In this document: piece after piece, positions 1 through 9,304 of the stretch
Layout of the letters: every line of letters starts with the position of its first letter
Numbering within the stretch: the stretch's first letter is position 1
Assembly: GCA_031550435.1 (NCBI GenBank)
Contig: JAVBOO010000024.1
Span: 823-64,822, forward strand
Source of the DNA: Eubacteriales bacterium
GTDB lineage: Bacteria; Bacillota; Clostridia; Lachnospirales; WRAX01
Length of the DNA stretch: 64,000 bases
Reading direction: 5' to 3'
Position numbers and translations under genes: made by a program
Notes under the pieces: model-generated
What the model was told of the DNA's origin: nothing
The model's database searches: none
The model's input: the letters and a program-made list of their open reading frames with translations, nothing else

Positions 1-891
1 CTTGAGGCGGACAACATTTTAACAGGAGCTGGAAAGCCGAAATGGCTGGCAACTACGCTTCATAAAATCCTGACCAACGAAAAATACATCGGTGATGCCT
101 TGCTGCAAAAAACTGTGACCACCGATTTCCTAACCAAAGAGCGGAAAAAGAACGACGGTAGGGTCAATCAATATTACGTGGAAAACTGCCACGAAGCCAT
201 TATTCCGCGTGACCTTGCACTACAGGTCAAAGAGGAAATGGTACGAAGGGCTAACCTCAAAAGTAAAGATAAAAAACGTGGCTACAGCAGCAAGTATGCG
301 CTATCAAGCCTTGTCCAATGCGGAATCTGCGGCGAGGTTTATCGACGGATTTATTGGTATGTAAGAGGCTCAAAAACCGTGGTCTGGCGCTGTGTCGACA
401 GGTTGGAAAACGGAGCTTCCAGCGAGTGCAGTTCACTGACCATTAAGGACGAGGATTTGCGAAACGCTGTTCTGCATGCCATAAACCAAGCTATCAGCGG
501 TAAAGACGAATTCTTGAAAGTCCTGCGGAACAATATTTCATCGGTTATCGGCTCTGCCTCCGATGAAGCCGTAAGCTCAATCGACAGCCGCCTTGAAGAG
601 CTTCAGAAAGAGCTTATCCGGCTGGCTAACTCGCATTCCGATTATGATAAAATTGCTAACGAAATTCACCAGCTCCGGGAGCAGAAACAGGCCGCCTTGC
701 TCCGCAGCTCCGACCTTGAATACCAAAAACAGCGGATTGCCGAAATGGCTGAGTTCCTCAATACACAGGGTGGCGAGATGCTAGAATTCGACGAAACCCT
801 TGTCCGGCGGCTGGTTGAGAAGGTTATGGTTTATGAGGACAGGATTTCGGTGGAGTTTAAGTCGGGGATGGGGGTTTCGGTGGAAATGTAA
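1..891 (+). CDS. large serine recombinase, C-terminal part (5' end lies outside the window)
   Basis: Frame 1 is open from base 1; track ORF 100..891 is its tail. The hand-translated upstream part reads LEADNILTGAGKPKWLATTLHKILTNEKYIGDALLQK. It is followed by a Cys-rich zinc-ribbon-like block (CGICGEVYRR...WRCVDR) and a coiled-coil tail. This is the C-terminal layout of large serine recombinases. Confidence 0.8.
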   Translation, partial: LEADNILTGAGKPKWLATTLHKILTNEKYIGDALLQKTVTTDFLTKERKKNDGRVNQYYVENCHEAIIPRDLALQVKEEMVRRANLKSKDKKRGYSSKYALSSLVQCGICGEVYRRIYWYVRGSKTVVWRCVDRLENGASSECSSLTIKDEDLRNAVLHAINQAISGKDEFLKVLRNNISSVIGSASDEAVSSIDSRLEELQKELIRLANSHSDYDKIANEIHQLREQKQAALLRSSDLEYQKQRIAEMAEFLNTQGGEMLEFDETLVRRLVEKVMVYEDRISVEFKSGMGVSVEM

Positions 892-895
892 TGGA

Positions 896-940
896 GAGCA
901 AGTCGATACTCGGTTAATGAGTGTTGGCTTGCTCTTTTTT
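896..940 (+). terminator. putative intrinsic terminator after the recombinase gene
   Basis: GAGCAAG...CTTGCTC stem followed by TTTTTT, 5 nt after the stop. The loop is large (25 nt). Confidence 0.45.
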
Positions 941-984
941 GTTCTAAAAGTTTGTGGTGCTATCAGAAACATTTAATATAGAGG

Positions 985-1755
985 TCATAGTTTTCTTGCT
1001 TTAAAGCAAAATGAAAGTGGTAGCATCTTAGCCTTTTCTATTTTTGCATTATTTTCTTCTTGACTGGTCATAGTATCACCATCAGTCTGCTCAACCATTT
1101 TTTCAATAACAAATCCTGCATTAGCCAGCGCATTAATATATGTGGATATTTTTCGGTTGCATAAAACTATTTCGCTGCCATCAAGTGGCATGGTGAAATA
1201 GGACTCATCGAAGTAGCTTCTACTGAAAACTAATTTTCCGTCTTCAAGAATATTGTATCTCTGGTCAGGCGAACGTCCTACACAATGAGTTAAAGTATGG
1301 TTCCAGCTAAAAATAAATACTCCGTCTTTTTTTAAATAAGATGCTATTTTCTTAAATGTCCCATTTAAGTCTGTCGTCCAACCAATTCCATATATAGAAT
1401 AGACAAAGTCAAAGTAGTCGGTTGGAATACCCAGCGCTGCTTCCATCGGTGAGCAAATGAACTTTGCAGAAAATCCACTATCTTGCAAATATTTTTGAGC
1501 GTTTTCAATTTGCTTGTGTGAAATATCCACTCCCCACAACTCGCCAGCATTTCTATCCGCATGATACTTCAGAGAATGTCCGCTGCCGCAACATATTTCC
1601 AACATCTTTTTATCAGTAACATCACCAAAGAGGTGTAGTTCATCCTCGGTGACAAAGTTTACACCATAAATTGGAAGTTCAGTTGTGCCAAACCATGAAT
1701 CCGCGTTTTCGTCCCAATAAGCTTTATTTGTTTCGATTATTTCATTTGCTTTCAT
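985..1755 (-). CDS. class I SAM-dependent methyltransferase
   Basis: 256-aa ORF with SAM motif I LEICCGSGH and downstream VDISHKQIENA, which is a Methyltransf_11/25-like layout. Confidence 0.8.
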   Translation of the reverse strand: MKANEIIETNKAYWDENADSWFGTTELPIYGVNFVTEDELHLFGDVTDKKMLEICCGSGHSLKYHADRNAGELWGVDISHKQIENAQKYLQDSGFSAKFICSPMEAALGIPTDYFDFVYSIYGIGWTTDLNGTFKKIASYLKKDGVFIFSWNHTLTHCVGRSPDQRYNILEDGKLVFSRSYFDESYFTMPLDGSEIVLCNRKISTYINALANAGFVIEKMVEQTDGDTMTSQEENNAKIEKAKMLPLSFCFKARKL

Positions 1756-1829
1756 ATCTCACCTTTACAATATTTATATTTTCACTACAAATTCATCTTG
1801 TTTTTGCTTTTTTTCCTATATATGTTCCC

Positions 1830-3230
1830 TCACACCTCGCCGCCTGTAACCGCATCTTTGCTATCGATCCGTGACAGCAGAACTACCGTCTCCACATGTC
1901 CGCCCATCGGAAACATGTCTACAGGTTGGACTGTCTTAATTTCAAAGCCGCCGATTTCGTGCAGAATTTTAAGATCGCGTGCAAGAGTTGCCGGGTCACA
2001 TGAAACATATACAAGACGGTTTGCGGTTGAGGCAGCTATTGCGTCAATCAGTGCTCGGTCGCAGCCTTTGCGGGGCGGGTCGGTTATTATCAGGTCCGGT
2101 CTCAGCCCTCCGGAGATTAACTTTGGGATTACGTCCTCAGACTTGCCGCATATGAACTCGGAGTTGTCGATACCGTTATTTTTTGAGTTCAGTACCGCAT
2201 CGTTCACCGCATCCTCGACTATTTCTATGCCTATAACCTTAGCGGCGCGTTTGGCGGCTGCAAGCGATATCGTTCCGATTCCGCAATAAGCGTCGATGAC
2301 AATATCCGTTGGCTTTATTTCTCCGAGTTCGAGAACACAGTTGTACAGGCGCTCGGTTTGAATATGGTTAGTCTGAAAGAAAGATAACGGAGAGATGCGG
2401 AATTTCATCCCGCACAACTCATCCTCTATATGATCCTTGCCCCACAATGTCACACATTTACTTCCCAGTATCACGTTTGTATTTTTCTTATTGATGTTAA
2501 GCATTATTGAGGTTATTTCCGGTATTTTAGTAAGCTCTTCAATTAAACGGCCTGAATGCGGCAGCCGTTCACCATTTATGACGACGCAAACCATTGTTTC
2601 GTCACCGACACTGCTTGTCCTCACAAGCAGATGACGCAGAAGTCCTTTCTGATTTGTTTCGTTGTATATACTAATACCGTATTCTGCTATAAATTTTTTA
2701 AATACTGAGAGTATGTGCTTGTTTATCGGATGGACTATCATGCAATCGTCAATTTTAACGATTCTGTGGCTCCGGCCGGCATAAAACCCGGCTATGCCCT
2801 CCCCTTCGCATATCCCAAAAGGAAACTGCGCCTTATTCCTAAAGTTAACAGGGTTTTCCATTCCGATAGTCTCGTTAACCGCTATATTTTTAAATCCGCC
2901 GATTCTCTCGAGGCAGTTTTTCACCGTTTTTGTTTTAAGCTTCATCTGCTCTGAGTACTTGAGATGCTGAAGTGTGCAGCCTCCGCACTTTGGGAAACTT
3001 TCACACTCAGGCTCCTTCCTGTAATGAGAGCGTTCGATTATGTTCATAAGCTTTCCGTAACCGTAGTTCTGCTTCGTTTTCAGTACCTTCATTTCCACAG
3101 TTTCGCCTGGAAGCGCATTGTCGACAAAAAACGTGAACCCTTCGAGTTTGCCTATCCCCTCGCCGTCTACGCCTATGTCGTCAATTGCAATATTATAGTG
3201 CTCGTTCTTATTATACATACAATCACTCAA
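1830..3230 (-). CDS. rlmD: 23S rRNA (uracil-5-)-methyltransferase, RumA/RlmD family
   Basis: 466 aa with an N-terminal TRAM-like domain and a Cys cluster (CESFPKCGGCTLQH). It carries the SAM motif DAYCGIGT, plus DPPRKG and VSCDPATLARD, typical of RumA/TrmA m5U methyltransferases. Confidence 0.85.
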   Translation of the reverse strand: MSDCMYNKNEHYNIAIDDIGVDGEGIGKLEGFTFFVDNALPGETVEMKVLKTKQNYGYGKLMNIIERSHYRKEPECESFPKCGGCTLQHLKYSEQMKLKTKTVKNCLERIGGFKNIAVNETIGMENPVNFRNKAQFPFGICEGEGIAGFYAGRSHRIVKIDDCMIVHPINKHILSVFKKFIAEYGISIYNETNQKGLLRHLLVRTSSVGDETMVCVVINGERLPHSGRLIEELTKIPEITSIMLNINKKNTNVILGSKCVTLWGKDHIEDELCGMKFRISPLSFFQTNHIQTERLYNCVLELGEIKPTDIVIDAYCGIGTISLAAAKRAAKVIGIEIVEDAVNDAVLNSKNNGIDNSEFICGKSEDVIPKLISGGLRPDLIITDPPRKGCDRALIDAIAASTANRLVYVSCDPATLARDLKILHEIGGFEIKTVQPVDMFPMGGHVETVVLLSRIDSKDAVTGGEV

Positions 3231-3236
3231 TTCAAG

Positions 3237-3785
3237 TTATTTCCCGCAATACTCGCATACCGTTCCCCGGCACATACAATGCCTGCACTTTTGAAACGAG
3301 GGTTCACACGGCAGGTCTTTGCCCTCAAGCATCGAGCGCATGAACGCCAGAGTTGAAACCATTTCCTTGCGAAGCTTTGCCGTATTTCTTACCGTAAACA
3401 TAGCATCTTTATATATCAGCCTGCCCTGCTTCGGCTTTTTCCCGTACTCGGACTCTACGAGAGCGAAGTATGCCGCGAGCTGCAACAAATCTCCGTGATG
3501 CGGACTTTTGCTTCCGTTTACGCTTCCGCTCTTAAGTTCGACCGGTATGTAACGGTTGAAAATGCAATGTTTATATATAATATCCGGCTTTCCGGACAGA
3601 GAATATTTTTCTGAACGCAGCAGCTTGCACGAAAGCTCTTGGCCCCGCTTTTTACCCCTCAAATCGGAGTAAACCTGCCTATAACCTAAAATTCCGTATT
3701 TTGGGGCGGAGCTTATTATCGGTCTTCGAAATAATAAAAACACAAAAAATAAATTCAGGCATACTGCCGCGGCTATCACTTCCAT
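3237..3785 (-). CDS. Cas4/RecB-like PD-(D/E)XK nuclease core with an N-terminal TM helix
   Basis: 182 aa with a hydrophobic N-terminus (VIAAAVCLNLFFVFLLF). Motifs present: GKPDII...PVELKSG (D...ExK), QLAAYFALV (QxxxY) and a C-terminal Cys cluster CRHCMCRGTVCEYC. Its start overlaps the upstream ORF by 10 nt (ATGGAAGTGA). Confidence 0.55.
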   Translation of the reverse strand: MEVIAAAVCLNLFFVFLLFRRPIISSAPKYGILGYRQVYSDLRGKKRGQELSCKLLRSEKYSLSGKPDIIYKHCIFNRYIPVELKSGSVNGSKSPHHGDLLQLAAYFALVESEYGKKPKQGRLIYKDAMFTVRNTAKLRKEMVSTLAFMRSMLEGKDLPCEPSFQKCRHCMCRGTVCEYCGK

Positions 3786-4066
3786 GGCAATATACCCAAA
3801 AAATACATCAACCCGAATACCGCCAAAACCACGGCCGATACCGTTATGATTCCAAAGATCAAGGCTCTTTTTCGATAACCGGAGTGATACCTGAGCCCTT
3901 TTTTAAAATGCGAACCGACAGTGTCTGTATAACCGTAGCTCTTGTTTCTCTCCATATAAAGTCCGCGGATTTTCTTTGCGCCGTGTATGCGCTCGTAATA
4001 CCACTGATACGGGCAATATACAAACTTGTTTACTTCGTTTGCGCTTATGTTTCCTTCCGCTCTCAT
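3776..4066 (-). CDS. small membrane protein carrying a Cas4-type N-terminal Cys motif
   Basis: 96 aa. NKFVYCPYQWYYERIHG resembles the N-terminal CPxxxW Cys motif of Cas4/AddB-type nucleases. There is a C-terminal TM helix (LIFGIITVSAVVLAVFGLMYFLGIL). The start overlaps the yhaM stop by 4 nt (ATGA). Confidence 0.45.
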   Translation of the reverse strand: MRAEGNISANEVNKFVYCPYQWYYERIHGAKKIRGLYMERNKSYGYTDTVGSHFKKGLRYHSGYRKRALIFGIITVSAVVLAVFGLMYFLGILPWK

Positions 4067-5007
4067 TTGTAATCACTTTTTCTGATATTGCGCTGAAAGA
4101 TTTTGCTGTAACCCAGCCATATTTTTGAAGGATCGGCTTCGTTTATAGCCTCAGAAAACGCCTGAGTCTTTGCGTCTATATTGTCGGCCAAATGCAAAAT
4201 AACAGCCTCAATCACCTGAGGCAGTTTAGGCGAGCCCCATTCGTACTCGCCGTGATGAGACAGTATACAGTGCTGAAGTATCATTTTTAGTTCATTCGGG
4301 AAATCCGGTATTTTGTCGGCAGTTTTAGAAATAAGCTCGGAGCAAATTACGATATGACCCAAAAGCTGCCCGGCCTCCGTATAATCGTTAAGCGGGAGCG
4401 GGGAAAGTTCGAAAATTTTGCCGATATCGTGCAGCATCGCAGCGCTCACCAGTATATCCCTGTTAACACAGTTGTACCGCCCGCTTAAAAAATCGCATAT
4501 TCCGACGACAGACAGTGTGTGCTCAAGCAAGCCCCCCAAAAAACCGTGATGCATGTTTTTTGCGGCAGAATGCTCAAGCAGCCTTGAGCTTATATCGGTG
4601 TTCTCAATTATAATGCATTCGAGAAGCCTGCGTATGTGATGGTCTTTAACGGAGGCTATGTACTTTAACAGTTCCGCATGCATTTGCTTGACATCTTTGT
4701 CCGTACTCGGCATATACTCTTTCGGATCGTATTCGCCTTCCAAACTGAGCCTCAGCCTGCTTATTTTCAGCTGCATCTCATTTTGATACAGATTCGTTTC
4801 CCCGTCTATTTTTATAAAGTCGCCTTCTTCAAAGTCCTGGATATAAGAGTTTATCTCCCATATCTTTCCGTCTATCGTGCCTGTTTTATCGACAAGCTTT
4901 ATGCTTAAATAAGTCTTCCCGTTTTTTGACTTTCCGGACAGTTTCTGCTTGCAAAAATAATGTCCGATAATATTTTCGTTTTCTTTAAAATCTTTAATGT
5001 ATCTCAT
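4063..5007 (-). CDS. yhaM: 3'-5' exoribonuclease YhaM (OB-fold + HD domain)
   Basis: 314 aa with an N-terminal OB-fold (KNGKTYLSIKLVDKTGTIDGKIWE) and HD-domain motifs AAMLHDIGK and SHHGEYEWGSP. Confidence 0.8.
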   Translation of the reverse strand: MRYIKDFKENENIIGHYFCKQKLSGKSKNGKTYLSIKLVDKTGTIDGKIWEINSYIQDFEEGDFIKIDGETNLYQNEMQLKISRLRLSLEGEYDPKEYMPSTDKDVKQMHAELLKYIASVKDHHIRRLLECIIIENTDISSRLLEHSAAKNMHHGFLGGLLEHTLSVVGICDFLSGRYNCVNRDILVSAAMLHDIGKIFELSPLPLNDYTEAGQLLGHIVICSELISKTADKIPDFPNELKMILQHCILSHHGEYEWGSPKLPQVIEAVILHLADNIDAKTQAFSEAINEADPSKIWLGYSKIFQRNIRKSDYK

Positions 5008-5025
5008 AGTCTCTCCATATCACAA

Positions 5026-5676
5026 TCAACCGTTTGCCACCGTGTTCTTTACCGATTTTTTAAACGAAAACTTGGATTCTGTCCTTTTAATAAGCTTCAC
5101 GATATTCTTTCTGTGCTGGAAATACGAGAGCAGTGCCATAAAAATTGTTAGCAAAAGCACTTCGAACGAGTACGCGAAAATCAGCCCCAGAATTGGAATC
5201 ATGGCCGAAAGCACGAGAGAACCCAAAGATACATATCTGAACGCATATATAACGAGTATTGTGACAACATAGCAAATTACAGCAATACGCCAGTCGAAGC
5301 AAAACAACAGACCGACTGTCGAGGCAACGCCCTTCCCGCCTTTAAACCCGAGATAAAACGGAAAATTGTGTCCGAGCAATACGCCTATGCCTGAATACAG
5401 CACAGGCATATAGCCGTTTGCGCCCGATGTGAACGAGCTTGAACCCGAAAAAATCAGTGTACATACAACACAGGCTGCAACCGCCTTAAAAATATCTGCA
5501 GCAAACACTATCAAAGCTGATTTTGAACCTAACACGCGGTTAACGTTTGTCGAGCCGGCGCTGTTGCTTCCGTGTTTTCTGATATCAATCCCGTTAACTC
5601 GCCCTACTATGAACGCGCTCTGTATCATACCGAACGCATAGCCTATCAATAAACAAAACAGTCTGTACATAAGCAC
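5026..5676 (-). CDS. plsY: glycerol-3-phosphate acyltransferase PlsY
   Basis: 216-aa polytopic membrane protein with HGSNSAGSTNVNR and GFKGGKGVAS motifs typical of PlsY. Confidence 0.9.
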   Translation of the reverse strand: MLMYRLFCLLIGYAFGMIQSAFIVGRVNGIDIRKHGSNSAGSTNVNRVLGSKSALIVFAADIFKAVAACVVCTLIFSGSSSFTSGANGYMPVLYSGIGVLLGHNFPFYLGFKGGKGVASTVGLLFCFDWRIAVICYVVTILVIYAFRYVSLGSLVLSAMIPILGLIFAYSFEVLLLTIFMALLSYFQHRKNIVKLIKRTESKFSFKKSVKNTVANG

Positions 5677-5766
5677 CTCGCGTGGCCGGGTATTCCTTAG
5701 CCAATAAGTCGAAAACTTTTTTACGGCGCACCCCTTGAACCCTTCAGGTTCAGATAAAGGGGTAAT

Positions 5767-7092
5767 CTACACGTCTTTATCTTTCCTGTTTCTCACGAGC
5801 AAGCGTATAGGCGTGCCCATAAATCCGAAGCTCTGCCTGAACTGATTTTCGATATAACGCTTATAAGAAAAATGCATCAGTTGTTCATCGTTTACAAACA
5901 GCACAAACGTCGGCGGTTTGACCGAAACCTGAGTTGCATAGTATATCTTAAGCTGCCTTCCCTTATCGTTCGGCGGTTCACTCGCCGCAACAGCCTCGAT
6001 CAACACATCGTTTAAAACACCGGTTGATACACGCATCGCGTTGTTTTCATAGATCGCGTTTATGGTCTCAAATATCTTATCGACGCGCTGACCTGTTAGC
6101 ACCGAAATGAACAGGCAGGGTGCATAGGTCATGAAAATAAACTCGTGCTCAAGCTCTTTGATATAGTTATTCATTGTTTTGTTGTCTTTTTCGATTAAGT
6201 CCCACTTGTTTACGACAAACGCCGATGCCTTGCCGGCCTCGTGCGCGAATCCTGCGATTTTTGTGTCCTGCTCGGAAACGCCCTCGGCCGCGTCTATCAT
6301 AATCAGGCAAACGTCGGCGCGCTCGATCGCGGATATGGCGCGCAACACGCTGTAATGCTCTATAGCGTCTTTTACCTTGCTTTTGCGGCGTATTCCGGCC
6401 GTATCGATAAACATATATTTTTGCCCGTTGCGCTCGTAAAACGTGTCAACCGCGTCTCTTGTCGTGCCGGGAATATTGCTGACTATTACTCTGTTTTCCC
6501 CGAGTACACGGTTAACCAGAGACGACTTGCCGACATTTGGCTTGCCGACAATCGCAACCTTGATTATGTCTTCATCCTCCGCATCCTCGGCATCCGGCGG
6601 AAAATGCTTTACAATCTCGTCAAGCAAATCGCCTATACCGAGCTGCTGACCCGATGAAACAGGTACCGGGTCTCCCAGACCCAATGCATAAAACTCGTAT
6701 ACATCAAGATTACTTTTTTCGAAATTATCTACCTTGTTTGCCGCAAGAACGATAGGCTTGCGCGCCCGGCGCAATATATTCGCGACTTGAGCGTCAGCAT
6801 CGGTAACCCCGGTTTTGACGTCAACGACAAACACAATGACATCTGCTGTGTCTATCGCGATTTCCGCCTGTCTGAGCATCTGCTGCGGAATATACTCTTC
6901 CGTCTCGGGCTCGAGTCCTCCCGTGTCTATAAGCGAGAACTTATGTTTCAGCCATTCGACGTTACCGTATATCCTGTCCCTGGTAACGCCCGGCGTATCT
7001 TCGACTATCGAAATTCTGGACTGGCACAGCTTATTGAAAAGCGTCGATTTTCCGACATTAGGCCGTCCTACTATTGCTACTGTGGGCTTCAT
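5767..7092 (-). CDS. der: ribosome biogenesis GTPase Der (EngA)
   Basis: 441 aa with two tandem GTPase domains (GRPNVGKST/DTGG/NKVD and GKPNVGKSS/DTAG/NKWD) plus a C-terminal KH-like domain. Confidence 0.95.
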   Translation of the reverse strand: MKPTVAIVGRPNVGKSTLFNKLCQSRISIVEDTPGVTRDRIYGNVEWLKHKFSLIDTGGLEPETEEYIPQQMLRQAEIAIDTADVIVFVVDVKTGVTDADAQVANILRRARKPIVLAANKVDNFEKSNLDVYEFYALGLGDPVPVSSGQQLGIGDLLDEIVKHFPPDAEDAEDEDIIKVAIVGKPNVGKSSLVNRVLGENRVIVSNIPGTTRDAVDTFYERNGQKYMFIDTAGIRRKSKVKDAIEHYSVLRAISAIERADVCLIMIDAAEGVSEQDTKIAGFAHEAGKASAFVVNKWDLIEKDNKTMNNYIKELEHEFIFMTYAPCLFISVLTGQRVDKIFETINAIYENNAMRVSTGVLNDVLIEAVAASEPPNDKGRQLKIYYATQVSVKPPTFVLFVNDEQLMHFSYKRYIENQFRQSFGFMGTPIRLLVRNRKDKDV

Positions 7093-8415
7093 CTATTCCT
7101 CCGTAATCTGCTGTGAGGTTACAACATTTATAAAATGATACGCGTCCGCTATCGGCACTACTTTAACTCCGAGCTTGTCGGAAATATCCTTAACCGTCAA
7201 ATCGTCAAGAAAAACGGTTTCTCCCGAGCGCAACGCGTTCGACGGTATCAGCAGCGTTTGCCCGGGCTTAATGTCTTTGAGACCGTTCAGCATGTCTCTG
7301 CCTGTCAAAAGGCCGCTTACCGTAATGTTTTCCCCGAAAAAATCGTTGCGTATATCATAAACCGTAATATCAAGCCCGTCAACATGTTTCTTGAGTTCGG
7401 CGCACAGCTCGTTCATCAGTCCCGCCGCAGCTGTTCCCGTTACGACCGCAAAAGAAGCTTCCAAGCTTCCGGCGGTCACGGCTGACAGACCGTCAAAAAA
7501 ATCCTGCCTAAACCTGCTCACCATGCCGACACCGTTTTCAATTTGGGGAAAATCCTCGTAATGTTCATACGGCGGAAGCTCAACACCGGCTTTTATATAA
7601 AACTCGTCAGCCGCAAATACAAACGACGTTCCTATTTTTTCTTTTAACTCCGCCTGCCTTCGGCTTATCTGCCCGACCAGCTTCAGAGCGTCTTCTTTCT
7701 CAAACGATTCTAGCGGGTATAGCCCGTCTCTGTGGTCCGAAATTCCAACCGGTACAACGGAGAGACTCTTGCCGTGCGGAAAGTACTCCGCCAAATCCGT
7801 TATCGTCCTTTCAAGTTCCTCCCCATCGTTAACACCCTTGCACAGCACTATCTGAAAGTTCATTTCTATTCCTGCCGCGCTTAATTTATCCAAATATTCT
7901 TTTAGCCTGCCCGCATGCTTGTTTTTCAGCATTTCCTCGCGCAGTTTCGCGTTTGTCGTGTGCACGGATATGTTTATCGGGGACAGATGATAATACAACA
8001 CCTTCTCGAACTCAATATCGGAAACGTTCGTAAGAGTTACGTAATTGCCCGTCAAAAATGACAATCTGGAGTCGTCGTCTTTGAAATACAATGTTTCTCT
8101 CATACCACGTGGCAGTTGGTCTATAAAGCAAAATATACATTTGTTTCTACAGCTTTTCGCCTCGTCCATAAGCCCGGAGTCAAAAATAAGCCCCAGCTCT
8201 TCTTCCCTGTCCTTCTCTATCTCCAAAAGCCATTCCTCGCCGCAAGGTTTTTCGATGAGCAGTTCAAAATACTCTTCTCCCGTAAAATAGCGATAGTCAA
8301 ACACATCCGCAATTTCCTTGCCGTTGACGGATATAATAAAATCGCCGGGCTCAATGCCCATCTCTTCCGCAACGCTATTTTTTTCTATGCCTGTTATCAA
8401 ATGTTTTTTAGTCAT
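7093..8415 (-). CDS. PDZ + radical-SAM-like DUF512 family protein
   Basis: PDZ-like N-terminus (GIEPGDFIISVNGKEI) and a Cys motif CRNKCIFCF. I moved the start to ATG 8415, which is preceded by GGAG. The 40 extra codons of track ORF 7093..8535 overlap pgeF. This is the conserved neighbour upstream of der in Clostridia. Confidence 0.8.
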   Translation of the reverse strand: MTKKHLITGIEKNSVAEEMGIEPGDFIISVNGKEIADVFDYRYFTGEEYFELLIEKPCGEEWLLEIEKDREEELGLIFDSGLMDEAKSCRNKCIFCFIDQLPRGMRETLYFKDDDSRLSFLTGNYVTLTNVSDIEFEKVLYYHLSPINISVHTTNAKLREEMLKNKHAGRLKEYLDKLSAAGIEMNFQIVLCKGVNDGEELERTITDLAEYFPHGKSLSVVPVGISDHRDGLYPLESFEKEDALKLVGQISRRQAELKEKIGTSFVFAADEFYIKAGVELPPYEHYEDFPQIENGVGMVSRFRQDFFDGLSAVTAGSLEASFAVVTGTAAAGLMNELCAELKKHVDGLDITVYDIRNDFFGENITVSGLLTGRDMLNGLKDIKPGQTLLIPSNALRSGETVFLDDLTVKDISDKLGVKVVPIADAYHFINVVTSQQITEE

Positions 8416-8444
8416 ATTTACTCCGCGGTTAATAATATCCGGAA

Positions 8445-9236
8445 CTACCTCAGCTCCAAAAAAGCAGCAAGGCTTCCCATTCCGGCTCCGTCTCTCCTGT
8501 ATGAAAAGAAAAGTTCGTTTTCGCACTTTGTGCAATGCTCGTCAGCTTCGATATTTGCGGGATTGATACCGGCATACTCTAACATTCTCTTGTTCATTTT
8601 TGTCAAGTCAAGCAAATACTTTTCGTCAGATATCTGTTTTATATCAGACTCTTCGAAAAAGCGCTTTTTCATAAACATCTGCGCAACATCTTCCTCGACT
8701 TCGAAGCAGCAGCCGTGGATACACGGCCCTATACCGCATATCAGCCTGCCCGGATCCGTCAAAAACTCCTTGCCCATGCGCTCGACGGTAAGCCTTCCGA
8801 TCTCTCCCAGCGTTCCTTTCCAGCCCGAATGTGCCAGCGCGGCTGCATTGTTGACAGGGTCATAGAAATACAAGGGAACGCAGTCTGCATAGAATGTCAT
8901 CAACACTATACCTCCGGTATTTGTAACCAGTCCGTCGATATCGCTGTAATCACTCGGCCTCAAATAGCCCTTTCCCCTATCTTTTTGCATTACGGTCTTT
9001 ATGTTTACGGTATGCGTCTGCTTTGAAGCAACGATATTCTTCGCGTCAAAGCCTACCGCTTCGGAAATTTTGCGTATGTTTTCCCTCATTGTGTCCAAAG
9101 TGCTTCCGCCTGAGGCCGAAAAACTGAAATTATCGGAAGCTCCGCAAACTCTTGTCGAAAAGCAGTGCTTTATTCCATACTTCTCGAAACTTTCAAATGT
9201 CAGATATTTAATGCCGTTGTTTATATTAAGTTTCAT
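8445..9236 (-). CDS. pgeF: peptidoglycan editing factor PgeF (YfiH/DUF152, laccase-domain protein)
   Basis: 263 aa with the YADCVP...HSGWKG...GPCIHGCCFEV pattern typical of the YfiH/PgeF family. Confidence 0.85.
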   Translation of the reverse strand: MKLNINNGIKYLTFESFEKYGIKHCFSTRVCGASDNFSFSASGGSTLDTMRENIRKISEAVGFDAKNIVASKQTHTVNIKTVMQKDRGKGYLRPSDYSDIDGLVTNTGGIVLMTFYADCVPLYFYDPVNNAAALAHSGWKGTLGEIGRLTVERMGKEFLTDPGRLICGIGPCIHGCCFEVEEDVAQMFMKKRFFEESDIKQISDEKYLLDLTKMNKRMLEYAGINPANIEADEHCTKCENELFFSYRRDGAGMGSLAAFLELR

Positions 9237-9304
9237 AATTTATTTCCATTCCCACGGTAATATTCCTTATACCTTGTTCCGGGTAAACACTGATTAAATC
9301 AGCA

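Noticed and set aside
8116-8865. Long antisense or overlapping ORFs inside well-supported genes. Examples are 8116..8865, 12865..13554, 13349..13882, 38476..39183, 48506..49135, 55797..56429, 25727..26254, 37407..37895 and 1798..2289.
   Set aside because: Each lies opposite or out of frame within a gene that has strong family motifs. None has a recognisable domain or a ribosome-binding site.
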